Source: a virus
IMG/VR virus record: IMGVR_UViG_3300012944_000001
Span: 47,915 to 111,914 of that record
Reading direction: 5' to 3' (one strand)
DNA length: 64,000 bases
The notes beneath the pieces were generated by a model. It did no database searches. It was not told the origin of the DNA and saw nothing but the letters and a program-made list of their open reading frames with translations. This document shows positions 44,987-55,491 of this stretch, one piece after another. A program made the position numbers and the translations under genes. Each line of letters begins with the position of its first letter. Position 1 is the stretch's first letter.

Positions 44987-46502
44987 TGCAGGCGTGCCTT
45001 CCATTGATTACACTAGTAAAGATTATGCTGGTTTTCTAGGATCGATGCTGACGTTTGCTACTACCGCTTTCCCAGAATGGACAAATCAAAATCCTGGAAG
45101 CCTTGAGATCATGCTTCTAGAATCTGTAGCAAGAGAACTAGATGTACTTTCTTACTACGGAGATCGTATTGTAGGAGAAGCGTACATAGGTACTGCTACT
45201 CAACTAGCCTCTGTACTTGAGTTGGCAACACTGCTTGGTTACACTCCGGGACAACCTTTGGCAGCCACAGGAACTGTTACTTTTCAAACAGCTAATCCTG
45301 GTAGTGCTGTAGCTATTCCTTTGGCCACGCAGGTAACCACTGATTATATTTCTAGTATAAATGGCCCCATAATCTTTGAGACTACTACCTCTGCTACGGT
45401 TCCTTCCAATGGCGGTACGGTGGTTGTTCCCATCGTTCAGGGGGCCACTCAAGGCTCTGCAATCTTTACTGTAGGGAATTCTACTTCCGCGCCTTATTCC
45501 ATCACCACAGAGCTCCTGGGAGCTTCTGATGGTTCTGAATTACAAGCATTTACTTTGGCTAATAATCCTGTAGTAAGTGGCTCTATAACAGTCTATGTAC
45601 AGAACCCTGCCTATCCTGGTACCAGTGGAACAGATCCTATTCTTGCTTGGAATAAGGTGGACACACTTCAGCAAGCTACCTCTTCCAGTCCTTCTTGGTC
45701 AGAAACTGTAGATGCTAATGGAGTAGTTAGTATTCATTTTGGTGATAATGTTAACGGAGCTATTCCTGCTTCAGGTTTGAATATCTATGCCAACTATCGA
45801 GTAGGTGGCGGAACTATAGGAAATCTTTCTGCCAACTCCATTACTGATATAGCTTCTCCAATCTTGGGCGTAACTATAGCAGGATCTTCCGCCAGTACAG
45901 GGGGAACTCCAGCAGAGACCATAGATCAGATTCGTGTAAATGCTCCTAGAGCATTCACTACACAACAAAGAGCAGTCACATTAGCTGACTATGGAAATCT
46001 AGCTATGTCATTACCTGTGGTGTCCCAAGCAAGAGCCGTTGCAAATACTTATACAAGTGTGACGGTATATATAACTGGTACAGGAAATACTATACCCACC
46101 CAGGCAATACTAGATTCAGTAACTGCATTTTTACAGCCGCTGGCATTAGCCGGAACATCCGTAACCTGTACTGCGGCTACCTTGGTTCCTATTAACGTGG
46201 GCGCTACAGCAAGTCCTGTACTAATAGGCTGTAGTTCTCGTTACAGTCCTTCTTCTATACAAACTCTAGCAACTCAAGCTATTCAGAATCTATTCGCCCC
46301 AAGTAATGTTACGCTTGGAGGAAGAGTTTCCTTAAGCTCAGTATATTCAGCGCTTTATACTATTCCAGGTGTGCAGTATGTTAATATTCCTTTGTTCGTG
46401 AGAAGTGATGCGACCCAAACTGGCGCCGCTGATATTCTTATGCGCTCATACGAATTGCCTACTTCTGGAAACATAATTATCACTGTAACGGCAACTTCAT
46501 AA
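44973..46502 (+). CDS. baseplate J-like wedge protein
   Basis: IDYTSKDY, PEWT, FGD...G.IP, RAVTL.DY. Confidence 0.9.
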   Translation: MATVNAGVPSIDYTSKDYAGFLGSMLTFATTAFPEWTNQNPGSLEIMLLESVARELDVLSYYGDRIVGEAYIGTATQLASVLELATLLGYTPGQPLAATGTVTFQTANPGSAVAIPLATQVTTDYISSINGPIIFETTTSATVPSNGGTVVVPIVQGATQGSAIFTVGNSTSAPYSITTELLGASDGSELQAFTLANNPVVSGSITVYVQNPAYPGTSGTDPILAWNKVDTLQQATSSSPSWSETVDANGVVSIHFGDNVNGAIPASGLNIYANYRVGGGTIGNLSANSITDIASPILGVTIAGSSASTGGTPAETIDQIRVNAPRAFTTQQRAVTLADYGNLAMSLPVVSQARAVANTYTSVTVYITGTGNTIPTQAILDSVTAFLQPLALAGTSVTCTAATLVPINVGATASPVLIGCSSRYSPSSIQTLATQAIQNLFAPSNVTLGGRVSLSSVYSALYTIPGVQYVNIPLFVRSDATQTGAADILMRSYELPTSGNIIITVTATS

Positions 46503-46511
46503 GGAGTAATA

Positions 46512-47189
46512 ATGGTAGCTGTATATCCGTCTGCTATTAAAACTTTCGCGTATAGAGAAGATTACACAGAGCTGGTAGAAGCTGCTGATGTCAATGTATC
46601 TTACGACGAGATTCGTGCATTACAAAGTATTTTAGGAGTTAATCCCCAGAACGATACTATAGATGGTGTGGTTAATAAATGGCCAACCGTAGGATCACGA
46701 ATTTCTGCGGTAAGATCAGGAGTATCAAAACCTTTTGCTAATGTATCCGCACACAATTTTCATGTGGACTATGCCCTAGATGATTTCTCCATATCTTGGA
46801 CCAATAAGACATGGGATACACACGGTATGTGGAATGGTGGGACATCGTTAGTATGCCCTCGTTCTGGTGTATATAGATTTGATGTATACGTCAGATGGGC
46901 GGCTGATAATCTTCCTCATGATAATCAGCAACCAATATTTAACAGAAACGGCGAACTAAAAATAGGCGTATCTCAGAATGGCGTACACTATCTAACTGCC
47001 GCCGCCGGTTTCTATCCAATAGGTTGGCAGAAGATAGCACATCAATCAGCCTCCATAACATTACCTTGGACAAAGGGAACTGCTATGACTGCTCTGATTC
47101 GTCAAGATTGTTATACACCAACACTTTCTGCCAGTGCTTTCTTCTCTGCAACCTATGAGCGCGATGCGCCCACCGTAAATAATTTGTAA
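46512..47189 (+). CDS. minor tail/baseplate protein
   Basis: position; V.A.DVN...DEI.ALQ..LG. Confidence 0.65.
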   Translation: MVAVYPSAIKTFAYREDYTELVEAADVNVSYDEIRALQSILGVNPQNDTIDGVVNKWPTVGSRISAVRSGVSKPFANVSAHNFHVDYALDDFSISWTNKTWDTHGMWNGGTSLVCPRSGVYRFDVYVRWAADNLPHDNQQPIFNRNGELKIGVSQNGVHYLTAAAGFYPIGWQKIAHQSASITLPWTKGTAMTALIRQDCYTPTLSASAFFSATYERDAPTVNNL

Positions 47190-47209
47190 TTCTACAACAA
47201 GGAGAATGA

Positions 47210-49582
47210 ATGAGTAAGGGTTATGGTATTGATATCTATGGAATAGATTTCTACGGATATTCACAGCCAGCAGATTATAGTGTGGCCCCCTTTATCGCTT
47301 CTCAAACTGGGTATAGGGAAATAACTCTTACATGGGCTTCTCCTAATGTAACTACTTGGAAATCACTACATCTTGTACGAAGTGTTTACGGCTTTCCTGC
47401 CACAGCGGCTGATGGAACTCTTATACAAGAAATAACTCCAGCAACAATAATTCGTTCCTACGATGATCCTCAATTAACTCCTGGAACTATTTATTACTAC
47501 ACTATGTTTATAACTGTAGAAGCTCCAACATGGGATATTGCAGTAACCTATCCTCTAAATTCTCAGATATTGTATAACAATCTGTACTGGAGTGCCATAC
47601 AATCCAACACAGGGCAAACGCCTGCTGCGGGATCTGCCTACTGGACCCCCACTAACTATCTGCCTACATGGCTGCCAGCGGGATATACAGCCACTCTTGC
47701 TTTGGGAAACCAAGGCTATGGAGACATGCTATACAATCGTGCACCTCAGCCTTACAAAATAAATACATCAGATACCTTCAGTAATACTGTGATAGATAAC
47801 ACCGCGCTACAGAATTATCTATCTCTATTTGGCTTCGGTTTAGATATAGTAAAGGCTCAGTATGATAGTCTTCTACAAAATAATAATCCTGATGTAGTAT
47901 CTGCCACGCAGTTGGATCTGCTTGGGCAGCAATTAGGAATAAATACTGATTACTTATCTACTCCTCAACAAAGAAGACAACGTGTAAAGAATGCTGCGGT
48001 AAATTACCGTATGAAGGGGCAGACTCAAGGTATCCATAATCTTATTGCAGAAGTAACTGGTTGGGATTCAGAGATTAACTATGGTCCTAACATGATGAAC
48101 AGTTCTGATCAATCAGCTTTTGTTCATCCTTCTTATGATAAATGGAATGTAAATACTACTTACTTTCCTAATAATGTAATTCAATATAATGGATTCAATT
48201 ATAAAAATCTTGTACAAGCTGTGGGCCAGACGAAAGCACCTACAGGAACTAACTCCAGCAACACTTGGTGGCAAGTTCAGGTACAAATTCTAGACACCAC
48301 AGTAAATCTTAATCCCCGCACCGGTAAGTATTCTACTTGGAATACTGTGGGCAATCCCCCTACTGGAGTAACCTATAGCGGAATACTTACAGGACTTCCT
48401 CATCCCACAGATAGCACTATAAATAACTGGAATGCTATATCTGCTACACAGACAAGCAATTTTAGTTCAGGTTCATTTGAATTATTCTCAACTACACAAT
48501 TCAGTACGCCTAATTATTCTTCAGGAACTAACTACGTAATAAATAATTATGTATTGAATACTGACGGATATTACTATAGAGCAGCCAAACCTTCAGGCCC
48601 AGGAACCCCTTATGGAGCCATAGCGCCAGGCACCAATCAAACTTTTTGGCAGCCTTTTTACTACATAACGCTGGATAGACCGAATAATATTCGTGACAGC
48701 GTAGCCATTCCTCAGTTACCTTACTGGAATTCTACAAAGCAGTATTCCGTCGGAGATACTGTTCAATATCTTGGTATTGTTTATAGAGCTACCTTTAATC
48801 ACAATAATCAGCAACCTACCGGTTATTACTACTCAAACACTTATTGGGCAGCTTTATATCCTGCACAAAATACCGTAGTAGTATCAGGGGAATGGGCAAG
48901 ACTTACTAACGTAGCAACTGTTGCCAGAGCACGTTCTTACCTGAATTTCTACGATAAGCGCGGCGTTCTTATTAGAAATTATGAAGCCGTAGATCCTGGA
49001 TATATCCAGGGATACCAAGGAATAGCAGCTAGATTCGTATTAGATTATGCGGATTTAAATACTACTACTGAGCCAAGTTTGGCCAATGCGGAATCTAATG
49101 TAATAATATTGGATGGGTCTTGGGATTCAACTCCTGCCACAGCAAATATGTGGCGTACTAGTTACGGTATGGCTTCTGTAAATCAAACACTTGCAGGAAC
49201 TACCACGTATATTTATAGTCTAATAAATCCCGGGGCAGGAACAGGCGGACGTCTGGCAGTAACTTTTGTTACCCCCTACATAGATATCACACACAAAACT
49301 CATGGGATAATTTTTGCATACACAAATGCTACTAATTTCTACTATGTAACAAGACAAAGTTTACGAAAGGTAACCGCTGGAGTAGATGCAATTCAATCTT
49401 CTTGGACACGTCTTGAAGGAGAACAGAGAATAGTAGTAGATGTAGGAGATACTATTACCGTGTCTCAGTACGCTAGAACAGGTGATGGTAAGTTGACTGT
49501 GCTAGGAAGTTCTACTGGAAACGGCGCTATCTCCGGACAAATTGGTCTTATTCAAAAGTATTCAGCAACAGGAGATCTATAA
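47210..49582 (+). CDS. baseplate wedge / tail protein with CBM5/12-like repeats
   Basis: L..LG.QLG, Y..KG...GI; W.....Y..GD.V.Y repeats. Confidence 0.72.
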   Translation: MSKGYGIDIYGIDFYGYSQPADYSVAPFIASQTGYREITLTWASPNVTTWKSLHLVRSVYGFPATAADGTLIQEITPATIIRSYDDPQLTPGTIYYYTMFITVEAPTWDIAVTYPLNSQILYNNLYWSAIQSNTGQTPAAGSAYWTPTNYLPTWLPAGYTATLALGNQGYGDMLYNRAPQPYKINTSDTFSNTVIDNTALQNYLSLFGFGLDIVKAQYDSLLQNNNPDVVSATQLDLLGQQLGINTDYLSTPQQRRQRVKNAAVNYRMKGQTQGIHNLIAEVTGWDSEINYGPNMMNSSDQSAFVHPSYDKWNVNTTYFPNNVIQYNGFNYKNLVQAVGQTKAPTGTNSSNTWWQVQVQILDTTVNLNPRTGKYSTWNTVGNPPTGVTYSGILTGLPHPTDSTINNWNAISATQTSNFSSGSFELFSTTQFSTPNYSSGTNYVINNYVLNTDGYYYRAAKPSGPGTPYGAIAPGTNQTFWQPFYYITLDRPNNIRDSVAIPQLPYWNSTKQYSVGDTVQYLGIVYRATFNHNNQQPTGYYYSNTYWAALYPAQNTVVVSGEWARLTNVATVARARSYLNFYDKRGVLIRNYEAVDPGYIQGYQGIAARFVLDYADLNTTTEPSLANAESNVIILDGSWDSTPATANMWRTSYGMASVNQTLAGTTTYIYSLINPGAGTGGRLAVTFVTPYIDITHKTHGIIFAYTNATNFYYVTRQSLRKVTAGVDAIQSSWTRLEGEQRIVVDVGDTITVSQYARTGDGKLTVLGSSTGNGAISGQIGLIQKYSATGDL

Positions 49583-51991
49583 ATGGCGAACCCGAATACT
49601 AATACTCTGACGGACATATTTCTTCCTGACGGATTTGGTGCCTTTGGTTTTGGTGACGGAGGATATGGTGGTAGTCCCGCACTACTGAATCCTCAATGGA
49701 ATACTAATAGTGGCAATTTTGGAATAGATCCAATAACAGGATTGGCTTATGTAGAAGCTACTTCTACTCCAAGTTATGTTGGCGCTGCGCTATACAATAT
49801 TGAGTACAGTTATTTCTTTGCCAAGATAGTTCCTGCACCAGTCGGCGCTGGTTCTGTACAGACGGCGTTAGTAATAAAACATGATGCTCATAATTATGTG
49901 GAAATGTCTATAGGTCCAGACAATCAATTCAAGGCTTATGTATCCAACGACTTGAATATCACATTAGCTAGCCCGGCACTCCCTACCTATGATCCAGTAG
50001 CACATGCCTATTGGCGTATTAGAAATGATGATCGTCTAGTATTTCATTTTGATACATCACCTAATGGATATACTTGGACAGAGTTAGGTAGCGCCACATA
50101 TTTATGGGACGCTTCTTCTGTAGTCGTCACTATATTCTCTGGATTTACTGGTTTAGATTCTCCTGGAAATATTGCTCTGATATCTAGCATCAATCTTCCA
50201 GGAAATACTTTAGCGTTAGCCAGCACAGGAAGAGCCACAGCTTCTGCTAATGGCTTAGCCACTTTAAGTAATCTGAATGCTCTTTCTGCCACCGCTAATG
50301 CTGTAGCGGGATCCCGAGCCCAATTCAATATAATATCTAGTCTTCCTGAAGGCGGGCTAACCGATTTTTCCTGGACTTCTGTAGCAAAAACGGTAGACCC
50401 TATTATCTTTAATTATTGGAATCAATTATCAGTAACAGTATTCAATGGTTCTTCCCCCTTGACACAATCCGCATGGCAGAATTCTCCATTCCCTATAGCA
50501 ACACCCACAACTTATAGAGATGGCTCTTATTTCCAACCAGCTGCTTATGCCGTAATAGATAACAATGTGCAGGATGTCGTAGACAATGCGGCTAATCTTC
50601 TTACAAGTGTTCAGGTAGAACAAACTGATGGATTGAATAATCGTTTATCAACCAATGCTTTTATTTACTCTGATAGTTGCTGCTATACCCCTGGCATAGG
50701 AACAGCTTCCGTTACGCGCAGTACAGATAAAGCGTTAACTGGTCAGTATTCTGGAAAAATAGTAAATAATAATACGCCTTTGACTACCGCCGCCGGAGAT
50801 CTGGTTTATTTTGCCTTTCCCAGTCCCGCCGCCCTAGTTTCTGTCAGACAGAATGCCTCACTACGTGTGGAAAATCTATTTGGTTCGGTGTCCTTGTCTA
50901 CTACCCGAGCAAATACTAGTTGGTATGCTGGCTTTGTATTCTATGATGCAAATTTCAATATTTTGTCTGAAAGTACTTATCAACATTCCACTATTACAAA
51001 TAAAAATACCCATCCAGGTGGAGGGGTATGGCAGGCAGGTGTTGTGTATGACAAAATTATTCCTACTACAGCAGCGTGGGCAGCAGTAGTACCTGTAGTA
51101 ATAGTTCCTAGTAGTGCAACATTAGAAACTGTATATATGAGTAATCACTCTATTACAGGAGCCTCCTTATTTATAACGGAAATAGGAACTAATTACACAC
51201 ATCCCAAGACTTCTAATATAAACATAAAGGCTGATAGGGTTAACTACGCTGTTAACAGCGGTTTTAATGTAAACACTTTCCAATGGGTGGAAATAAATGT
51301 GGGTACTTCAGGTACACCCAATGCCGGAAGTATTGCCTGGGATGGTACAACAGGCTATAACTCCTTAGGCTCTATGCGAGTGGACATAGCAGTACCCAGC
51401 GGAAGTTTTACAGGGCCGGGAACTGCAAAGTTAGGGGCATCTACTCGACCAAATCTTAGCAGTACCGGTTCTGGTAGATATCCTATAGTCCAAGGACTTA
51501 AAATAGGACATACTTACACCATTAGTATGTGGATAAAAAGAAGTGCTAATTGTCCTAACATTTATATGAATGTTACAGATGCTAATGGTTTAGGTCCACC
51601 AGATACTGATGTGGCCTCTACTAATGTTCTATATCCTGAAAATACTGAGGGCAATTGGACCAGAGTACAGACAACATACACTGTTCCACCAACAGGATTA
51701 CAAGATTATAATTTCTATGTCTATACTTTATTCTCAGATATTTCTCATGCACCATTTTCTTATTGGGTAGACTCCCTTATGGTAGAAGAAACTGATACAT
51801 ATAATGGTTACTTTGATGGTGGATTTGCTTCAGCGGATTACAAATGGGAAGCTAATGGAACAGCTAATGCATGTAGATCTTATTACTATAAGAATTACAC
51901 AGATAAGTTCTTAAATCTTAATAATATGCTTGCCTCTGTTCTTCCTGTAGGAGAGTACTATAATCTTAAGTTTGCTCAACCTATAACATAA
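49583..51991 (+). CDS. tail fibre / receptor-binding protein with carbohydrate-binding-like domains
   Basis: beta-rich; W.RIR, YTIS.WIK, YFDG. Confidence 0.7.
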   Translation: MANPNTNTLTDIFLPDGFGAFGFGDGGYGGSPALLNPQWNTNSGNFGIDPITGLAYVEATSTPSYVGAALYNIEYSYFFAKIVPAPVGAGSVQTALVIKHDAHNYVEMSIGPDNQFKAYVSNDLNITLASPALPTYDPVAHAYWRIRNDDRLVFHFDTSPNGYTWTELGSATYLWDASSVVVTIFSGFTGLDSPGNIALISSINLPGNTLALASTGRATASANGLATLSNLNALSATANAVAGSRAQFNIISSLPEGGLTDFSWTSVAKTVDPIIFNYWNQLSVTVFNGSSPLTQSAWQNSPFPIATPTTYRDGSYFQPAAYAVIDNNVQDVVDNAANLLTSVQVEQTDGLNNRLSTNAFIYSDSCCYTPGIGTASVTRSTDKALTGQYSGKIVNNNTPLTTAAGDLVYFAFPSPAALVSVRQNASLRVENLFGSVSLSTTRANTSWYAGFVFYDANFNILSESTYQHSTITNKNTHPGGGVWQAGVVYDKIIPTTAAWAAVVPVVIVPSSATLETVYMSNHSITGASLFITEIGTNYTHPKTSNINIKADRVNYAVNSGFNVNTFQWVEINVGTSGTPNAGSIAWDGTTGYNSLGSMRVDIAVPSGSFTGPGTAKLGASTRPNLSSTGSGRYPIVQGLKIGHTYTISMWIKRSANCPNIYMNVTDANGLGPPDTDVASTNVLYPENTEGNWTRVQTTYTVPPTGLQDYNFYVYTLFSDISHAPFSYWVDSLMVEETDTYNGYFDGGFASADYKWEANGTANACRSYYYKNYTDKFLNLNNMLASVLPVGEYYNLKFAQPIT

Positions 51992-52003
51992 TAAAAAAAA
52001 CAT

Positions 52004-52042
52004 AAAGAAGAGATATATAGATAATCTATATATCTCTTCTTT
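52004..52042. terminator. 18-bp perfect AT-rich hairpin (bidirectional terminator-like)
   Basis: aaagaagagatatataga-taa-tctatatatctcttcttt, flanked by A and T runs. Confidence 0.75.
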
Positions 52043-52056
52043 TATTTATATAAGTA

Positions 52057-52100
52057 TTATAAAAGAAAGTATACAGAAGGTACCACAGACTGTCAAGTGT
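52057..52100 (-). repeat. 44-bp sequence, copy 2 (contains minus-strand promoter)
   Basis: exact reverse complement of 874-917. Confidence 0.9.
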
Positions 52101-52134
52101 GGTAGGATTCTGTTCTCAGCAACCAAGGAGACCT

Positions 52135-52395
52135 ATGCATTTTCTTTATACAACACTCATTACTTTATGGATATGGGAATTTATAAAAGTATATTTATCT
52201 CGTCTACCTGACTGGTGTATTCATTTTCTGTTAATACCTTTTATAGTTTGTCTGGCAATGATCATACCTTCTCCAGTCAGTGTTGTCCTGTCTGTTGCTG
52301 GAGCTGTGATGCTGCTACAGTCTCTGGGTAGCGGAACTTCTCATACACAAACTCCGCGAACCAAGAAGCGAACTAACATGCCTCCACCTCCTTGA
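52135..52395 (+). CDS. membrane protein
   Basis: AAGGAG RBS before ATG 52135; 2-3 TM segments. Confidence 0.65.
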   Translation: MHFLYTTLITLWIWEFIKVYLSRLPDWCIHFLLIPFIVCLAMIIPSPVSVVLSVAGAVMLLQSLGSGTSHTQTPRTKKRTNMPPPP

Positions 52396-52420
52396 CAGGT
52401 ACTGAGGAGGTTGGTACTGT
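52392..52420 (+). promoter_or_regulatory. promoter of the replication/early block
   Basis: TTGACA-17-TACTGT. Confidence 0.55.
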
Positions 52421-52457
52421 TCTTTCATCAAGCACGACACATACTTAGGAGGAAAGT

Positions 52458-53447
52458 TTGACTCGGGATTTTAGCACGGACCTTACGATTCTCGTAACTG
52501 GTTCCGGCAACAGCACGGTACAGAATATTCAAGATAACCTCACCGAGTGGATTCTTAGGGGGAAGGATGAAAGGAATGTACAGGTAATTATTCCCTTTAC
52601 TGAGCTTATGGGTAAGGGAATGGAGAACTTCATTGAATGGGGAGAATATTTCTTTCAGTGGGGAGACCCTGAGGGAGACCCTTTCCATGCTGTGGTTATG
52701 CCAAAGCGCGGTAACAAGATTATCTCCAAAGCTACTAACACTAAGCAGGTCACGACCTTTAAAGAATCCATTGACGTTTCTCTGGAACTTCTTACAGATG
52801 CTTGGCAGAATGGAAATGAAGTAGCCGTTATTTCTATCTTTGCTTCTGATATGGATGAAGATATGGAATTCATTACTGAGGCAAAGAAGATTAATCTCCT
52901 TCCGGTATTCAATCTTTCTGAGGGAATGATTGATTCCTTTGATGGTTATCAGTCTGAGGAATCTATTATGGTAGAAGGAGCGGCCCGAGAGAAGTTCCTT
53001 TTGGAGGAAGCGCAGAAAGATGCTGTTGCCTCTCTTGACCAGGATACAAAGCCTGCTACAAAGAAGGCTTCAGCGCCTCGTAAGCGAGCTGCTAAGAAGA
53101 CTACGACTCCTAGTACTCCTACTACTCTGAAGGAGTCTGAGAAGCCCCTTCAAGACCTTCCTGTAGGCACTGTCGTAGAGGTTGCAGATACTGAGTTCAC
53201 GAAGATTGGTCCTAATCCTTTCCGTGAGCCTCTTCCAGGGAATCCTATCCATGACCAGAAGATCACTAAGGATACTCCTCTTGAAGGTTTCAGTGAATTT
53301 GCAGAGATTACTCCTACGAAGAAGCAGGCAGAAGACAACATCTGGGGTGATTCGGATAAGATCCTGGTAAGTAAGAAGGATCTTACAGATTTGGCTGAGG
53401 GAATTAATTTGATTACTAAGGCATTTACTCGAATCCTGGGGCAATAA
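52458..53447 (+). CDS. hypothetical protein with K/A/T-rich linker
   Basis: AGGAGG RBS; 329 aa. Confidence 0.75.
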   Translation: MTRDFSTDLTILVTGSGNSTVQNIQDNLTEWILRGKDERNVQVIIPFTELMGKGMENFIEWGEYFFQWGDPEGDPFHAVVMPKRGNKIISKATNTKQVTTFKESIDVSLELLTDAWQNGNEVAVISIFASDMDEDMEFITEAKKINLLPVFNLSEGMIDSFDGYQSEESIMVEGAAREKFLLEEAQKDAVASLDQDTKPATKKASAPRKRAAKKTTTPSTPTTLKESEKPLQDLPVGTVVEVADTEFTKIGPNPFREPLPGNPIHDQKITKDTPLEGFSEFAEITPTKKQAEDNIWGDSDKILVSKKDLTDLAEGINLITKAFTRILGQ

Positions 53448-53590
53448 TGGATTGGCCCTATTGGTTTTGTAAACTGTTTGGACATAGAGTTCCTACACTT
53501 TTATTTCAAAAAGGCAACGAAGAATGTGATTGTGGAGCAGACCATACTTATTTTGGATGCTCTCGTTGTCGTCAATATTTGGAAAACTAA
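53447..53590 (+). CDS. Zn-finger microprotein (CKLFGH...CSRC), 47 aa (not in ORF track)
   Basis: TAATG coupling at both ends. Confidence 0.55.
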   Translation: MDWPYWFCKLFGHRVPTLLFQKGNEECDCGADHTYFGCSRCRQYLEN

Positions 53591-53757
53591 TGCATCCTTT
53601 TAAGTCTTATAGAAAAGCCGAAGTTTATCGTAAGCAAAAGGGGGCCACTAAGAAACTCCCTGGGTGGGGATTCAAGGTGACTCCTAAGCAGCGCAAACGG
53701 CTTCAACGTACGCATAATGAAGATATGCGTAAACTCCTATTTCCCAAGGATAAATAA
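53590..53757 (+). CDS. small basic protein
   Basis: coupled ORF. Confidence 0.55.
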   Translation: MHPFKSYRKAEVYRKQKGATKKLPGWGFKVTPKQRKRLQRTHNEDMRKLLFPKDK

Positions 53758-53972
53758 TGGAAGACTTTAAGAAGCCTAAACAGGTAGGCGGAGATCACTG
53801 TCTGGGGGCAAGTATGCAACCCTTTGATGTGATTGATATTTTTGGCCTTAATTTCTACGAAGGATCTGCGGTAAAGTATCTCTTGCGTTGGAGGAAGAAG
53901 AATGGCGTAGAGGACTTGGAAAAGGCTAAGCATTACATTGAAATTCTTATTGAAAAGGAGAACAACAAGTGA
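53757..53972 (+). CDS. DUF3310 / T7 gp1.7-like protein
   Basis: QVGGDH...QP.D.I.....F..G.AVKYL.R..KK.GVEDL.KA.HY. Confidence 0.85.
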   Translation: MEDFKKPKQVGGDHCLGASMQPFDVIDIFGLNFYEGSAVKYLLRWRKKNGVEDLEKAKHYIEILIEKENNK

Positions 53973-54181
53973 ACGTAGTTTATACGCCTATGGCCATTGA
54001 CGGCGAGTCCGGTTATTTTCTAGCAGACGACGAGTACCGTAAACTTTATGAAGCGGCTAACGGAGATACTAATAACGAGTATCTAGAAAGTGTTGAAGCA
54101 GAGAACGATAATCTCCGCAATACTATCTCTGATACTCTGGCGCGCATGCGGAAGCTAGTTTATGATTTGGGAAATGCATGA
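53969..54181 (+). CDS. hypothetical protein
   Basis: operon ORF. Confidence 0.6.
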   Translation: MNVVYTPMAIDGESGYFLADDEYRKLYEAANGDTNNEYLESVEAENDNLRNTISDTLARMRKLVYDLGNA

Positions 54182-54411
54182 CCAATAACTGGGTATACGA
54201 AATTATTCATGTCAATTACCCTACTTGGGTAGGTAATTTTCTATACAATGATTTTGGTTACGCTAAGTTCTGTGCTGAACAGGATTGCCAGGAAACTTTT
54301 GGGGAACCCAATGTTTCTTACACTTGGGATTTCATTTGCAAGGGAATCTATCAATTGCATGATGGAGAACTTCCTACTGATATCGAACTTCGTATTCGTC
54401 ATGTTGGATAA
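54178..54411 (+). CDS. hypothetical protein
   Basis: operon ORF. Confidence 0.6.
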   Translation: MTNNWVYEIIHVNYPTWVGNFLYNDFGYAKFCAEQDCQETFGEPNVSYTWDFICKGIYQLHDGELPTDIELRIRHVG

Positions 54412-54415
54412 GTAA

Positions 54416-54799
54416 ATGACAGCCCAAAATATATGGGACGACTTATGGGGATCTCCAGAAGAGCCGGAGGTTCCCATAAAGGCGTCTTATAACTCAAATC
54501 ATTTAGCCAAGTATTTTCAGGACAAGTTATTCGCAGCCGCTTGGTATAGTGGGTTCGGCATGGTCAATCTAAGGGCTCTGGCAGGCGCTCTAGCCAAGTG
54601 GAAGATGCATACAGACTCTGATACAGTCAGGACAATGATCAACTGTTACATAGCGGAGGAGAACTTCCGAGGAAAGAACCCTGGTTGGCAGGACTTCTTG
54701 TACAATGCTGAAAGGATAGCTACTTCCTTGAAAGAAGTTCCATCCAAAGATAAGTGGGATCTTATGGAAGAGGAGTGGGAGAAAAAGTATGGTGAGTAG
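54416..54799 (+). CDS. hypothetical protein (possible loader partner)
   Basis: directly upstream of the DnaC-like gene. Confidence 0.6.
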   Translation: MTAQNIWDDLWGSPEEPEVPIKASYNSNHLAKYFQDKLFAAAWYSGFGMVNLRALAGALAKWKMHTDSDTVRTMINCYIAEENFRGKNPGWQDFLYNAERIATSLKEVPSKDKWDLMEEEWEKKYGE

Positions 54800-55490
54800 T
54801 ACGCTTATGCCTGATGATTTCTATGTAGGAAGATGGGACCAGGCCAATATTCCCATTAAGCTCAGAGGGATGCGACTAGCTAATTATGAACCTGTCGTAA
54901 CCAGTGAAGGCAAGTCGCATCGTACGGGAGTAATGGCTAGTCAAGCCGCTCAAGTATTTGTAGATAATTTCACCGATCATTACGTTTCTGCTAAACGAGC
55001 AAGTGTAGGTTCTTTTCCTAATAACCGAGATAACATCGGTAAGGGCATGATGTTCTTTGGCCGAAATGGTACACGTAAGTCGACATTGGCTGCCAATGTC
55101 CTTACAGAAATTCAATATCTTAGTCCTTCATATCGTATTTATTACATTCGTTTCTCTGATTGGAAACGGGCACTTACTGATACTTTTACAAAGGAAGAGA
55201 CAGAGCGTACTGGAATTGCCAGGCGTATGTTGAAACTTGCAGAGTTGTCCCATGCCTTGGTTCTAGATGATATTGGACAAGAGCATCGTACTGCCTCTGG
55301 TTTTACGGAAAGTTCCCTACACGAGCTTCTTCGTGTAAGGTATGAAGCGGCTCGACCTACTATTGTTACCACCAATATTGATCCTGATATGATGCGTGGA
55401 GTATACGGAGATTCTTTTGAGAGTTTTCGTCACGATGCTTTTGAAACTTACCCGCTATTGGGTCCAGATACCAGAAAGACTAGGAAATAG
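54789..55490 (+). CDS. dnaC: DnaC/IstB-like AAA+ helicase loader
   Basis: G.NGTRKST, LVLDDIGQE, R....PTIVTTN, G.D.R. Confidence 0.85.
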   Translation: MVSSTLMPDDFYVGRWDQANIPIKLRGMRLANYEPVVTSEGKSHRTGVMASQAAQVFVDNFTDHYVSAKRASVGSFPNNRDNIGKGMMFFGRNGTRKSTLAANVLTEIQYLSPSYRIYYIRFSDWKRALTDTFTKEETERTGIARRMLKLAELSHALVLDDIGQEHRTASGFTESSLHELLRVRYEAARPTIVTTNIDPDMMRGVYGDSFESFRHDAFETYPLLGPDTRKTRK

Positions 55491-55491
55491 T

